A DNA stretch of 64,000 nt from an uncultured bacterium (GTDB taxonomy: Bacteria > Desulfobacterota_D > UBA1144 > Nemesobacterales > UBA2774). The position numbers were made by a program, and so were the translations under genes. The stretch's first letter is position 1. The number at the start of each line of letters is the position of its first letter. Positions 1 to 10,048 of this stretch are shown piece after piece. The stretch covers positions 640,001-704,000 of the forward strand of contig CAWGRW010000009.1 in assembly GCA_963825135.1 (NCBI GenBank). Reading direction: 5' to 3'. The notes beneath the pieces are model-generated. The model was not told the DNA's origin, did not search any database, and saw only the letters and a program-made list of their open reading frames with translations.

Positions 1-301
1 CGCCTGAGTCGAGCATAAAATCCTCGAAGCCCGCCTGGTCGCCCTCCGCGAACTGGCAGTTGAGGAATTGCTTGGCCCTGGTGTCGAGTATCTGGAGAAC
101 TCTATCCGTCCCCGTATCCACACGGGGATCTATCGCCACCTGTATGCCGTAAAAAGGCGTCGTCAGGTTGTAATCCTGCGAGTCCATCACTCCCTCGTCT
201 ATGAGCGGGTCCACCGGCCCGGCGACAATATCCGTTACCTGATCACACGAAACGAGTGAAACGGAAATCATTGCGGCGAAGATAAGAACGAAGCGTATCA
301 T
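1..301 (-). CDS. hypothetical lipoprotein, runs off window start
   Basis: Manual translation from ATG at 301: MIRFVLIFAAMISVSLVSCDQVTDIVAGPVD..., open to position 1; lipobox LVSC; AGGAAGG RBS upstream. Confidence 0.7.
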   Translation of the reverse strand, partial: MIRFVLIFAAMISVSLVSCDQVTDIVAGPVDPLIDEGVMDSQDYNLTTPFYGIQVAIDPRVDTGTDRVLQILDTRAKQFLNCQFAEGDQAGFEDFMLDSG

Positions 302-449
302 GCCGATCCTTCCTTTATTTAAGATTTGATACAATACTACATAATGATAACCGACGGATTTTGCGTATGCTATCGGAGATATATTTATGTCATAGCACAA
401 ATTATTGAGTAAAGTTTAAACAGAAAATCGAAAAACGGGGGATTTCGAT

Positions 450-944
450 ATGAGACCGAAAGCGGCGGCAATCGCGGGCGTGTTCTTTATACTGATTTCA
501 TTTCCATACAGCAGGGCGGACGAGCTCAATAATTCTTTCCCCGAAAAATGCGCCGGGACGGGGTTCGAATACAGGGGCGGCGGCATAGTTCTAAATTCCG
601 ATTCTCAAAATTCCCAGAGCCTATACCTCCTGAACAACATATCCGAAAACGAATACTGGATTACGCACCCGGTTAAGAACCCCGGGGCGAGCGCCGGGTG
701 GACGTCCGACATCAACCCCGGCAGCTGGTCCGCGTTTGCCGTGAACACTCCGGGCTTTGAATTGACATGCGTGAAAGAGGGCCGGAGCTCGAATGAAGCC
801 CTTTCCTGCGAGAAGGTCCTCAGGGTTTGCAGGATATCGAATCCCGTATTCAAGCCGGGCACGGGCGGGAGTTACTGGGTTTCAGAAGACAAGGCTCTCG
901 AAGCGGTGCTCGCTGAGATCAAAAGCCGGGGGATAAGCTTCTGA
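450..944 (+). CDS. hypothetical secreted protein
   Basis: 164 aa ORF, signal peptide-like N-terminus, four Cys, purine-rich RBS. Confidence 0.65.
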   Translation: MRPKAAAIAGVFFILISFPYSRADELNNSFPEKCAGTGFEYRGGGIVLNSDSQNSQSLYLLNNISENEYWITHPVKNPGASAGWTSDINPGSWSAFAVNTPGFELTCVKEGRSSNEALSCEKVLRVCRISNPVFKPGTGGSYWVSEDKALEAVLAEIKSRGISF

Positions 945-957
945 CAATCGAAACAGG

Positions 958-2265
958 TTATTTCGCGATACCCCTGTAAGACAGGTCGAGGAGCTCGACC
1001 GGATGGGCGGTTTTGATGTCGAGCCCGTGCTGCTTTATCCCCTTTCCTATCTGGAGCAGGCATCCGGGGTTTCCCGCCACGAGGTAATCGGCGCCTGTCT
1101 CTTTCAGATGACTCAGCTTCCGCTCCAAAAGTTTGAGCGACATCCCGGGCTCGACCATGTTGTATATGCCGGCGCTCCCGCAGCAGAGCTCCGCCTCGGG
1201 AAGCTCCGTGAAACGAATGCCGGGTATCTGCCTGAGGACTTCCCTCGGCTGGTCTTTTATCCTTTGCGCGTGCCCGAGATGGCAGGCGTCCTGATATGTA
1301 ATTTTTAAATCGAGCTCTTTTAACTCCCCGGCGAGCCCTATGTCCCCGAGGAATTCCATGACGTCCCTGGTCTTGCCGCTCACATTTCGCGCGCGGTCCG
1401 CAAAAACCGGGTCGTCCGCCAAAAGCTCCCCGTATTCCTTCATAGTCGAGCCGCACCCCGCCGAATTTACGATTATTGCGTCGACATCCAGGCCCTCGAA
1501 GCTCCTGATAAGAACCCTCGCGAAGTCCCTCCCCTCGGAGAGCCTCCCCGAGTGCACCGAAAGCGCGCCGCAGCATCCCTGATTCCGGGGAACTAACACC
1601 TCGCACCCGTTCTCCGCCAATACCCTGACGGTCGCCTCGTTAGTCCTCGAAAAGAAAACACTCTGCACGCAGCCCGTGAGGAGAGCGACGCGGTAGCGTC
1701 TCTTGCCCCTGGCGGGGACCGCATCGGGAAGCGCTCCGGGGACGGTCGGGGAATCCACCTCGGGGAGCATCTCCTCCATCTGCGCGAGGCCCGGGGATAT
1801 CGCCCTCAGCACCCCCGAGGACCCGACCAGCTTTCTGATGCCGAGTTTCCGGTATAAATAGAAGAGCGGAAGGAGGAGCCTGAGCCTCCTCGGATACGGG
1901 AACAGGGAGAAGATAATAGAGCGGTGAAGCCTCTCGAAGAACGGTCTCTCGAACCGCCTTTCGATCTGGGACCTCCCCGCCTCGATGAGCCTCCCGTACT
2001 GCACCCCCGACGGACACGCGGGCTCGCACGCTAGGCACCCGAGACACATATCGAGATGCTTTACGAGTGAGCCCCCCATCGGAATCTTCCCCTCCGAAGC
2101 GGACTTCATGAGATAGATCCTCCCCCTCGGGGAGTCGAGCTCGTTTCCGGTCACCCGGTAGGTCGGGCACGCGGAGAGACAGAAGCCGCAGTGAACGCAG
2201 TCCTCTATAAGCCCGGCGTCTGGCCTGTCCACGGAATCGAAAGCGTCGTAGGCCCTTTCCTTCAT
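958..2265 (-). CDS. glcF: glycolate oxidase iron-sulfur subunit
   Basis: Two CxxCxxCxxxCP clusters (CVHCGFCLSACP, CLGCLACEPACP), two CCG domains; clustered with glcD/glcE. Confidence 0.9.
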   Translation of the reverse strand: MKERAYDAFDSVDRPDAGLIEDCVHCGFCLSACPTYRVTGNELDSPRGRIYLMKSASEGKIPMGGSLVKHLDMCLGCLACEPACPSGVQYGRLIEAGRSQIERRFERPFFERLHRSIIFSLFPYPRRLRLLLPLFYLYRKLGIRKLVGSSGVLRAISPGLAQMEEMLPEVDSPTVPGALPDAVPARGKRRYRVALLTGCVQSVFFSRTNEATVRVLAENGCEVLVPRNQGCCGALSVHSGRLSEGRDFARVLIRSFEGLDVDAIIVNSAGCGSTMKEYGELLADDPVFADRARNVSGKTRDVMEFLGDIGLAGELKELDLKITYQDACHLGHAQRIKDQPREVLRQIPGIRFTELPEAELCCGSAGIYNMVEPGMSLKLLERKLSHLKETGADYLVAGNPGCLLQIGKGIKQHGLDIKTAHPVELLDLSYRGIAK

Positions 2266-2274
2266 ACTAAATGT

Positions 2275-3045
2275 TTAGCCTTTTATTATTGTGAAATCAA
2301 GGGTCGTATACGGGGAGAGCTCGAGGCTCCGTCTCAAGTCTTCGTCGTCCGAATAGGATTTCCTCCCGAGCTTCCGCGCCTCGACCTTTAATTCCAATCG
2401 AGGGCCGGAAAAAGGATAAGGAGAAATAGCGTATTTAAATCCGTCTTCGGATTCGAGAGAAAGCCTTAACGTATTGCCCTCATAGTCGAGCGGGACGTCG
2501 GCGATCTCCATGGACTCCCAGCCGTGACAGAGGGCGAGGGATATTATGTCTCCGACCTGAAGCAGCCTGAGATTTATTCGTACGTCCCGGGGAACGCGGC
2601 CGAGCTTCGAGTCCCCGGCGCTTATGCCGAGCCTGTCCGAGATAAAACGAAAGATATCCGGATCGAGCGATTTCGCGTGCGCGTCCGAAGGGTCTCTGGT
2701 CAATAGCTTCCTGTTGAACCTCGCAAAATGAAGCGCGATGAGGGCCGAGGCATACGGATGCTCTTCCCGGTATGATTCAAAAGACCTCCTCCATATACCG
2801 GTCTGGTCAGAGGACTCCATCTCCATAAAATTCGAGGGATAGCCGTTTTCAGGATTTATTTTAGGAGCCCCATCCCAGTCTTTCCACCCGCAGTCGTGTT
2901 CCCTGACCGCGAAAAGCACCTCGTGAAGCGGCGAGGGGCCGGCGAACATTTCGTTGCCCCAATGCTCCATTATCCTCCCCGCAAGGACCGCGTGGTCATA
3001 CTGTGTGATGAGCGTGAACCCGTCGTTGTCGTCTCTTCGAATCAT
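2275..3045 (-). CDS. DUF3891 family protein
   Basis: MIRR...LITQYDHAVLAG...HDCGW pattern of DUF3891. Confidence 0.75.
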   Translation of the reverse strand: MIRRDDNDGFTLITQYDHAVLAGRIMEHWGNEMFAGPSPLHEVLFAVREHDCGWKDWDGAPKINPENGYPSNFMEMESSDQTGIWRRSFESYREEHPYASALIALHFARFNRKLLTRDPSDAHAKSLDPDIFRFISDRLGISAGDSKLGRVPRDVRINLRLLQVGDIISLALCHGWESMEIADVPLDYEGNTLRLSLESEDGFKYAISPYPFSGPRLELKVEARKLGRKSYSDDEDLRRSLELSPYTTLDFTIIKG

Positions 3046-3139
3046 CGACTTCCCAAGGCTTCAGGGAATAAGGTAAAAAAACGGGATTAGCCTAACCAAG
3101 CGGAGGGCGGAGCGCAAGGTATCGCGGCCGGATTTTATT

Positions 3140-4471
3140 TTAGAAGAGCCTGCCCGGATTGAGTATGTTCAAGGGATCGAACCCCGATTTTATCCTTTTC
3201 ATCAGGCCGAGCGAGGAGCCGATGCCGCCCCAGGCGTCCACTTGGGCTTTAACCTCGGGGGACGCCTCCGATACCGCGAGGCTCCCGCCAGCCGATTCGG
3301 AGAATTCCCTCAGCTTTTTCACTGCGTCAACGACGTGCTCCTTATCACCGCTTATCGAAATTATCACGACCCCGTTTGCCGCCCTCGCCGACGCACGAGC
3401 GGCGAGGGCCCCCGCGCGCGATAAATCCTCGAGCGTCAGGAATAAACGCGGGACGTCGGAGATGAGCACGCCCGCCTTTAGGACCGCGCCCGGGGATGCC
3501 GCCCGCCTCCATGGAAATTCCCTTACTTCGTCCCAGAAGGCATCCTCTTTCCCGCCTTCCAGCACCGCGCCCTGCCCTCCGCTCCCGGAAAAAATATCCG
3601 CAACCGTCTTTATCTGGTCCTCCACGGCCCGCGCCACGTTCATTATCCTCACGGCGAGCGTGTAGCCCCTTTGGCTCATGGCGACGCCCGCCCGCCCGGA
3701 TATATCGTCCGCAAGACCCGGGGTCAGGTGCTCGAGAGCCGTAATCACCAGATTGGAGTCGATGAGGGATTTAACCGTATCGTGGGCCTTATCGAGGGAT
3801 TCGAAACCTGCTAAATATGTCCTGGACAGCTCGGGGACGGGGTAGAGCCTGAAAGTCGCTTCCGCGATAATTCCGAGCGTGCCGAGGGACCCGACGAAGA
3901 GCTTGGGCATGTCGTACCCGGCGACGTTTTTTACGACCTTCGAGCCGCCCTTAAATACGCTCCCGTCCGCCCGCACCACCTTCATGCCGATAAGGAGCTC
4001 CCTCGAGGTCCCGTACCTGAGCCTCATGGGGCCGCTGTCGTTTGTGGCGATGATGCCTCCTATCGTGGCTCCGTCGCGCGCATGGGGCGGATCGACCGGC
4101 AGGAACTGATTCTCAAACGCGAGCTGCGTCTGGAATTCGGCGAGTGTAATTCCGCACTCCGCCGTTACCACGAGATCGGCCGAATCGTGCTTGATAACAC
4201 GGTTGAGCCTCTTGGTCGAAACGACGATATCCGCGCGGCCGGGCCTGTTCCCCAGGCCGCTCTTCGTTCCCGAGCCCCGGGGTATTACCGCGAGGCGATC
4301 GCGCGCCGCCGCCTTCATGATTTCAGATATCTGCTCTATGTTTTCAGGGAAGAGTACGATAGCCGGTTTGACGCCGTCCACGGAGGACGGTTCGAGGAGG
4401 CGTGAGTCCTCGATCGCGTTTTCCTTACCGACAATGCTTACCAGATGATTCAATGCGGCGGACTGAGACAT
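3140..4471 (-). CDS. glcE: FAD-binding glycolate oxidase subunit, GlcE-like
   Basis: PRGSGTK, GATIGG, GGSKVVKNVAGYDMPKLFVGSLGTLG, C-terminal FDPLNILNPGR. Confidence 0.85.
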   Translation of the reverse strand: MSQSAALNHLVSIVGKENAIEDSRLLEPSSVDGVKPAIVLFPENIEQISEIMKAAARDRLAVIPRGSGTKSGLGNRPGRADIVVSTKRLNRVIKHDSADLVVTAECGITLAEFQTQLAFENQFLPVDPPHARDGATIGGIIATNDSGPMRLRYGTSRELLIGMKVVRADGSVFKGGSKVVKNVAGYDMPKLFVGSLGTLGIIAEATFRLYPVPELSRTYLAGFESLDKAHDTVKSLIDSNLVITALEHLTPGLADDISGRAGVAMSQRGYTLAVRIMNVARAVEDQIKTVADIFSGSGGQGAVLEGGKEDAFWDEVREFPWRRAASPGAVLKAGVLISDVPRLFLTLEDLSRAGALAARASARAANGVVIISISGDKEHVVDAVKKLREFSESAGGSLAVSEASPEVKAQVDAWGGIGSSLGLMKRIKSGFDPLNILNPGRLF

Positions 4472-4530
4472 GTTTCGTTAGTTACCGTCGGAAAATTTTT
4501 CACTGACACGTTTAACGAATACGGCGGGGC

Positions 4531-6027
4531 CTAATACATCTCGCCCAGACCCGCCTTCTCCAGCGGGTGCTCTTCGTACCGCTTCATCCCCTGCTCGACG
4601 CATGTCCTGGGCGTGGGGAATACCTTGCCGGGGTTGCAGAGCCCTTTGTGATCGAACGCGCACCTGACGAGGTTCATGGTCTCGAGATCGTTTTCATCGA
4701 ACATGAGCGAGAGGAACCTCTTTTTATCCCGTCCCACGCCGTGCTCTCCCGTGATGCTCCCGCCGGAATCCACGCAGACCCCCAGTATCTCGCCCGCAAG
4801 CTCGAGCGCCTTCTCCGACTCGCCCTCTATTTGCGAATTATAGAGCACGAGCGGGTGCAGGTTCCCGTCGCCGGCGTGAAAAACGTTCCCGACCCTGAGT
4901 CCGTACTCCCTGCCGAGCTCCCCTATCCTTCCCAGCACCTCCGCGAGCTTGCTCCTCGGTATGACCCCGTCCTGGACGTAGTAATCCGGGCTCACTCTGC
5001 CCATCGCCGGAAACGCGTTCTTTCTCCCCTTCCAGAAGAGGTCCCTTTCCTTCGTGTCCCTGGCTATCCTTATCTCGAGCGCGTGATTCGATCTCAGCAC
5101 CTCCTCGACGATAGGCATCTGGGCCCCGACCTCGGCCGCGGGCCCGTCGAGCTCGACCAGCAGTATCGAACCCGCGTCCACGGGGTATCCCGCGTGAACG
5201 GCCTCCTCCACCGAGCGGATGCAGAGGTTATCCATTATCTCCATTCCGGCCGGTATCACTCCCCTCGCCGTTATACCCGAAACAGAGGCCCCTGCGTCCT
5301 CTATCCTGTCGAAGGAGGCGAGAAGCGCCTTTACCGTCTCCGGTTTTTTTATTATCCTGAGAGTCACTCTCGTTACGATTCCCAAAAGTCCTTCCGAGCC
5401 GACCATGAGCCCCGTGAGGTCGTAGCCCGGATGGTCGAGGGCTTTCCCCCCTATTTGTATCACCTCTCCGTCCGGAAGAACGACTTCGAGCCCGAGGACG
5501 TGGTTCGTGGTTACTCCGTATTTAAGGCAGTGCACCCCGCCAGAGTTCTCGGCGACGTTCCCGCCTATGGTGCAGGCTATCTGGCTCGAAGGGTCGGGGG
5601 CGTAGTAGTATCCGAAAGCGCTGACCGCGTTCGTAACGGACAGGTTGGTCACGCCGGGCTCGACCACGACCCGCTCGTTCGGTATATCGACCTCGATTAT
5701 CCTGTTCATTCGGGCAAGCGATATTACTATGCCTTCTTCAGTGGGCAGCGCGCCTCCCGAAAGCCCGGTCCCCGCCCCCCGCGGAACAAACGGGACGCCC
5801 TCTTCGTAACACATCCTGATAACACGGGATACTTCCTCCGAAGTCTCCGGCAAGACCACAAAAACAGGAATGATCCTGTATCCGGTCAGGGCGTCCGAGT
5901 CATAGGCTATGAGCTCATCGGCGGCGTAAATGACTCCGCCTCGCCCGAGTATTCCCGAAAGCCTGTCCCCGAAGTCCCTTTTCCATTCGGGCGATCCGTG
6001 TCCCGATCCCTTTATCGATGATTGCAT
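4531..6027 (-). CDS. glcD: glycolate oxidase FAD-linked subunit
   Basis: RGAGTGLSGGA, PDPSSQIACTIGGNVAENSGGVHCLKYG, HAGDGNLHP, GEHGVG. Confidence 0.9.
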   Translation of the reverse strand: MQSSIKGSGHGSPEWKRDFGDRLSGILGRGGVIYAADELIAYDSDALTGYRIIPVFVVLPETSEEVSRVIRMCYEEGVPFVPRGAGTGLSGGALPTEEGIVISLARMNRIIEVDIPNERVVVEPGVTNLSVTNAVSAFGYYYAPDPSSQIACTIGGNVAENSGGVHCLKYGVTTNHVLGLEVVLPDGEVIQIGGKALDHPGYDLTGLMVGSEGLLGIVTRVTLRIIKKPETVKALLASFDRIEDAGASVSGITARGVIPAGMEIMDNLCIRSVEEAVHAGYPVDAGSILLVELDGPAAEVGAQMPIVEEVLRSNHALEIRIARDTKERDLFWKGRKNAFPAMGRVSPDYYVQDGVIPRSKLAEVLGRIGELGREYGLRVGNVFHAGDGNLHPLVLYNSQIEGESEKALELAGEILGVCVDSGGSITGEHGVGRDKKRFLSLMFDENDLETMNLVRCAFDHKGLCNPGKVFPTPRTCVEQGMKRYEEHPLEKAGLGEMY

Positions 6028-6111
6028 ATTGTTATTTGTTCGGGAATCATTATATCATTGTTAGCCGCCTAGACCAATTTCAGACTATTGCCCGGAGAGC
6101 GGGGCGTTTGC

Positions 6112-6139
6112 TTGACATTCCCTCTATAGACGGTAAATT
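6112..6139 (+). promoter_or_regulatory. sigma70-type promoter of rplM
   Basis: TTGACA-16 nt-TAAATT. Confidence 0.6.
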
Positions 6140-6174
6140 GATTTGCTTAACTCTAATAGTTAGAGGCAGATAAA

Positions 6175-6603
6175 ATGAAGACTTTTATGGCGAGAAGCGA
6201 AGACTTCGAGAAGAAGTGGTTTTTAATCGACGGGGAAGGAAAAACTTTGGGGAGAGTGTCTACAAAAATAGCCAGGATACTGAGAGGCAAGGAAAAGGCT
6301 CAATTCACCCCGCACGCCGACATAGGGGATTTTGTAATAGTCATCAACGCCGAGAAGTTGAAATTCACGGGCAAGAAGCTCGAAAACAAGAGATATTACT
6401 GGCATACGGGGCACCCGGGCGGGATCAAGTCTATAGCCGCCGAGGACCTTTCCAAAAGAAAGCCTAGAGAAATATTGAAAAAAGCTGTCTGGGGCATGCT
6501 CCCTAAGAACAGGTGGCAGAAAACACTCATAACGAGATTGAAGATCTACACCGGAAACGAGCATCCGCATTCGCCGCAGAAGCCCGAATCCCTGGAGGTA
6601 TAG
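6175..6603 (+). CDS. rplM: 50S ribosomal protein L13
   Basis: LGRVST...GKEKAQFTPHADIGDFVIVINAEK, VWGMLPKN. Confidence 0.97.
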   Translation: MKTFMARSEDFEKKWFLIDGEGKTLGRVSTKIARILRGKEKAQFTPHADIGDFVIVINAEKLKFTGKKLENKRYYWHTGHPGGIKSIAAEDLSKRKPREILKKAVWGMLPKNRWQKTLITRLKIYTGNEHPHSPQKPESLEV

Positions 6604-6612
6604 TAGATAAAT

Positions 6613-7005
6613 ATGGCTGAAGTTAACTATTACGGAACCGGAAGAAGAAAAACATCGGTCGCCCGGGTTTGGCTCAGGACAGGCGACGGAAAGATAACGA
6701 TAAACGGCCGCGAAGCGGAAGAGTACTTCCCGCGCGAGTACTGGAAGGTACACGCGCTGGGACCGCTGGTCACGACGCAATCCACCGGAAAGTTCAACGT
6801 CATCGTCGACGTCAAGGGCGGAGGCCTTACAGGCCAGGCGGGCGCTGTAAGGCACGGCATCGCGAGGGCCCTTCTCCAGGTGGACGACGCCAACAGAAAG
6901 CCGCTCAAGACGGCGGGCCATCTCAGCAGAGACTCGAGAATGGTCGAAAGGAAGAAGTACGGACTCAAGAAAGCGAGACGCGGACAGCAGTTCTCGAAGA
7001 GGTAA
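6613..7005 (+). CDS. rpsI: 30S ribosomal protein S9
   Basis: [33 protein letters not shown]-terminal QFSKR. Confidence 0.97.
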   Translation: MAEVNYYGTGRRKTSVARVWLRTGDGKITINGREAEEYFPREYWKVHALGPLVTTQSTGKFNVIVDVKGGGLTGQAGAVRHGIARALLQVDDANRKPLKTAGHLSRDSRMVERKKYGLKKARRGQQFSKR

Positions 7006-7013
7006 TACTCACC

Positions 7014-8366
7014 TTGCCTGATACCGGGAAAAAGAAGTCGGCTTCAAAAAAACATAGGAAGATAGCTCCGCCCGAAGGCAGGCTGGGGGTTTTGATCCCC
7101 GGCATAGGCGGCGCCGTGAGCACCACGTTCATAGCCGGCGTCGAGGCCATAAAGAGGGGGCTCGGCAAACCTATAGGCTCTCTCACCCAGCTGGGAAGGA
7201 TAAGGCTCGGCAAGAGGACGGAGAAGAAGTCCCCGCTCATCAAAGAATTCATACCGCTCGCGGAGCTCAAGGACATAGTATTCGCGGGATGGGACATATT
7301 CCCGGACAATTGTTACGAGGCCGCCATAAAAGCAGGCGTGCTCGAAAAAAACCTTGTCGACGAATTAAAAGCCCCGCTCCAGAAATTAAAACCGATGCCC
7401 GCGGTATTCAGCAGGAAATACGTCAAGAACCTAAACGGCAAGCACCTGAAAACGGGCAAGACCAAGATGGACCTTGCCGAGAAGCTCATCGAGGACATCA
7501 AGAGGTTCAAAAAGGAAAGCGGGGTATCGCGGCTGGTAATGGTGTGGTGCGGAAGCACGGAGGTCTTTATCAGGCCGACCGCGGTGCACGCCACCATGGC
7601 CTCGCTCGAAAAGGGCATGAGGGAAAACCACCCGGACATCGCGCCCAGCATGCTCTACGCTTACGCGGCGCTCAAGTGCGGAGTGCCCTACGCCAACGGC
7701 GCTCCCAACCTGTCGGTCGATATACCGGCGCTCAACGACCTTGCCAAGAAAAAGAACGTCCCTATAGCGGGAAAGGATTTCAAGACCGGGCAGACCCTGA
7801 TGAAGACTATTCTCGCTCCCGGGCTCAAGAGCAGGATGATCGGTCTCAGCGGCTGGTTCTCGACCAACATACTCGGGAACAGGGACGGCGAAGTGCTCGA
7901 CGACCCGTACTCCTTTAAAACCAAGGAGGAAAGCAAGCTCGGCGTCCTCGAATACATGTTCCAGCCCGAGCTCCACCCGGACCTTTATTCGAACTACTAC
8001 CATAAGGTCAGGATAAATTATTATCCGCCGAGAGGAGACGCCAAGGAAGCCTGGGACAATATCGATATCTTCGGCTGGCTCGGCTACCCGATGCAGATCA
8101 AGGTCAACTTCCTCTGCCGGGACAGCATACTGGCCGCACCCATAGTGCTCGACCTCGTGCTGTTCCTCGACCTCGCGAAGAGGGCCGGTTTCGACGGAAT
8201 TCAGGAATGGCTGTCCTTTTACTTCAAGAGCCCGATGTACGGAAAGGGGCTATACCCCGAGCACGACCTCTTTATCCAGCTCATGAAGTTGAAGAACACG
8301 CTCCGCTACATGAAGGGCGAGGAGCTTATAACGCACCTCGGCCTCGATTATTACAACCTGATGTAA
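7014..8366 (+). CDS. ino1: myo-inositol-1-phosphate synthase
   Basis: GKDFKTGQTLMK, WFSTNILGNRDG, RDSILAAP; start placed at in-frame TTG 7014 after rpsI (the ORF-track start overlaps rpsI). Confidence 0.88.
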   Translation: MPDTGKKKSASKKHRKIAPPEGRLGVLIPGIGGAVSTTFIAGVEAIKRGLGKPIGSLTQLGRIRLGKRTEKKSPLIKEFIPLAELKDIVFAGWDIFPDNCYEAAIKAGVLEKNLVDELKAPLQKLKPMPAVFSRKYVKNLNGKHLKTGKTKMDLAEKLIEDIKRFKKESGVSRLVMVWCGSTEVFIRPTAVHATMASLEKGMRENHPDIAPSMLYAYAALKCGVPYANGAPNLSVDIPALNDLAKKKNVPIAGKDFKTGQTLMKTILAPGLKSRMIGLSGWFSTNILGNRDGEVLDDPYSFKTKEESKLGVLEYMFQPELHPDLYSNYYHKVRINYYPPRGDAKEAWDNIDIFGWLGYPMQIKVNFLCRDSILAAPIVLDLVLFLDLAKRAGFDGIQEWLSFYFKSPMYGKGLYPEHDLFIQLMKLKNTLRYMKGEELITHLGLDYYNLM

Positions 8367-8428
8367 TATCCGTATCCGCTTAAGCAATCACGATTTATCA
8401 GATGGAATATAGACGGTATAGGTTTATG

Positions 8429-9310
8429 TTATGCCTGCGTGCTTATGGCAAGCCATTTGCGCGTTATGTAGAGGTTCCCTTTCTGGTCCCTGTTTCCGTG
8501 CTGCTCGAGCGCCGGCTGGACGGCCTCTTTCATCGCCTCGACGGCCGCGTCGACCGGGTATCCGCGCAAGGCCCCCGCCGCATATTGCTGGAAGGAGCTT
8601 ATGTACTCCCAGGCTTCTCTCCGCATGTCGACCGCGTATTCCTTGACCTCGACGAGCTTGAAGCCCGCTTCCTTCACCAGCTGCTCGTAATACGACCTGG
8701 GGAGGAATTTCGAAGCCTCGGTCCTGGTATCGTCTCTTAGTCTGCTTATGCCGCGGTCCCTGAGATACTGAACCGCGTTCTTGACCTGCGTGCGGTAAAA
8801 ACCCAGCGTTTCCGCGGGCCGCGCCTCTTCGTAGAAAGCCGTGTTGAAGAAGAACAGGCCTCCCGGCTTAAGCGCTTGTTTTATTCTCTTGATGCTGTCG
8901 AGCTGTTCCTGCTCCGAGAGGTAGTGGATACCGTTCCCCCAGACGGCGACATCGATGCTCGCGTCGGGAATCTTCATATCCTCCACGGAGGAATGCACCA
9001 GCTTTAATCTTTCTACGGTTTTCTCGAGTTTCGATTGAGCTAATTTGAGGGCCTCTCCCGACTGGTCGAGGCACATGACCGCGGCTTTCTTCCAGCTTCC
9101 GGGAAGCTGGTCGAATACGAGCTGCACCATCGTACCCGCGCCCGTCGCTACGTCGAGAATCGCCTCTATGCCGCTTAGACCCTTACGGCGCATGATCTCG
9201 ATCCATCCGTGAATACAGGCCTCGTTTACCTCTCTGTACTCCTCCGTATCGGCAAACGGCTCATAGTCGTATTTTTCCTTGATCTCTTCCATTATCAGCC
9301 TCTGTATCAA
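8429..9310 (-). CDS. class I SAM-dependent methyltransferase
   Basis: ILDVATGAG motif I; LKPGGLFFF. Confidence 0.8.
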   Translation of the reverse strand: MIQRLIMEEIKEKYDYEPFADTEEYREVNEACIHGWIEIMRRKGLSGIEAILDVATGAGTMVQLVFDQLPGSWKKAAVMCLDQSGEALKLAQSKLEKTVERLKLVHSSVEDMKIPDASIDVAVWGNGIHYLSEQEQLDSIKRIKQALKPGGLFFFNTAFYEEARPAETLGFYRTQVKNAVQYLRDRGISRLRDDTRTEASKFLPRSYYEQLVKEAGFKLVEVKEYAVDMRREAWEYISSFQQYAAGALRGYPVDAAVEAMKEAVQPALEQHGNRDQKGNLYITRKWLAISTQA

Positions 9311-9406
9311 CTATCACCCCATATTAATTTAGTGTATAAGTCAAAAGCGGAGTATAACATGATTACAGGCAAAAACAAAACGCCCCGGGAGCGGCAAACA
9401 CCTTAA

Positions 9407-10048
9407 TTATACACCCCTCCTGTCGCCCCATATAATCTTGTGGAGCTGGGGAAGCACCCTCACCTGCTTGAGATTTTCATCCAGCACCCTCTCCGTTATC
9501 CAGCCGAGCCCCAGGCCGCCTGCAGGCTGGAAAATTATGTTCGCCGCAATCGAATACTTCGACAGGATTTTCTTTGCGTACTCGTAATCCGCCTCGTCCG
9601 CGATCACGAACTTCAGCTGGTCCCGGGGGCGGAGCTTCTCGAAAAGCCCGAAATCCATCCTCCCCTGCATGCCCGAGCCCGGGCACTTGCAGTCCATGCT
9701 TATTACGCAGTTATCAGTCCAGAATACGGGCGGCGGCATTTTGTGGCCGCTCGTCTCGAGCACTATTCCATATCCGTCCTTAATGAGCTCTCCCGCCAGC
9801 TCCCCGGCTTCGTCCTTCTGGATCAGCGGCTCGCCTCCCGTAATGCATACCCTTTTGCAGCCGAACTCCTCAATCCCGGCGCGGACCTCGCCGACCGTCA
9901 TCTTTTTGAAGTCCCTGCCCTCGACCGCGTACATCGTATCGCACCAGGAGCACCTGAGGTCGCAGGCGAAGAGCCTTACGAACACGGTGGGAAGCCCGAT
10001 TTCCACCCCCTCCCCCTGAATGGAATAGAAGATCTCGCTTATGTTCAT
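9407..10048 (-). CDS. queE: 7-carboxy-7-deazaguanine synthase (radical SAM)
   Basis: EIFYSIQGEG, CDLRCSWCDT, ITGGEPL, PQLHKIIW; overlaps queC. Confidence 0.92.
   Translation of the reverse strand: MNISEIFYSIQGEGVEIGLPTVFVRLFACDLRCSWCDTMYAVEGRDFKKMTVGEVRAGIEEFGCKRVCITGGEPLIQKDEAGELAGELIKDGYGIVLETSGHKMPPPVFWTDNCVISMDCKCPGSGMQGRMDFGLFEKLRPRDQLKFVIADEADYEYAKKILSKYSIAANIIFQPAGGLGLGWITERVLDENLKQVRVLPQLHKIIWGDRRGV

Noticed and set aside
4567..6021. Long antisense ORFs (also 15718-16728, 20662-21546, 51817-53052)
   Set aside because: Shadow frames of GC-rich genes with no recognisable motifs
6669..7013. N-terminal extension of ino1 overlapping rpsI
   Set aside because: Alternate-frame read of rpsI; the ino1-like sequence starts after the rpsI stop
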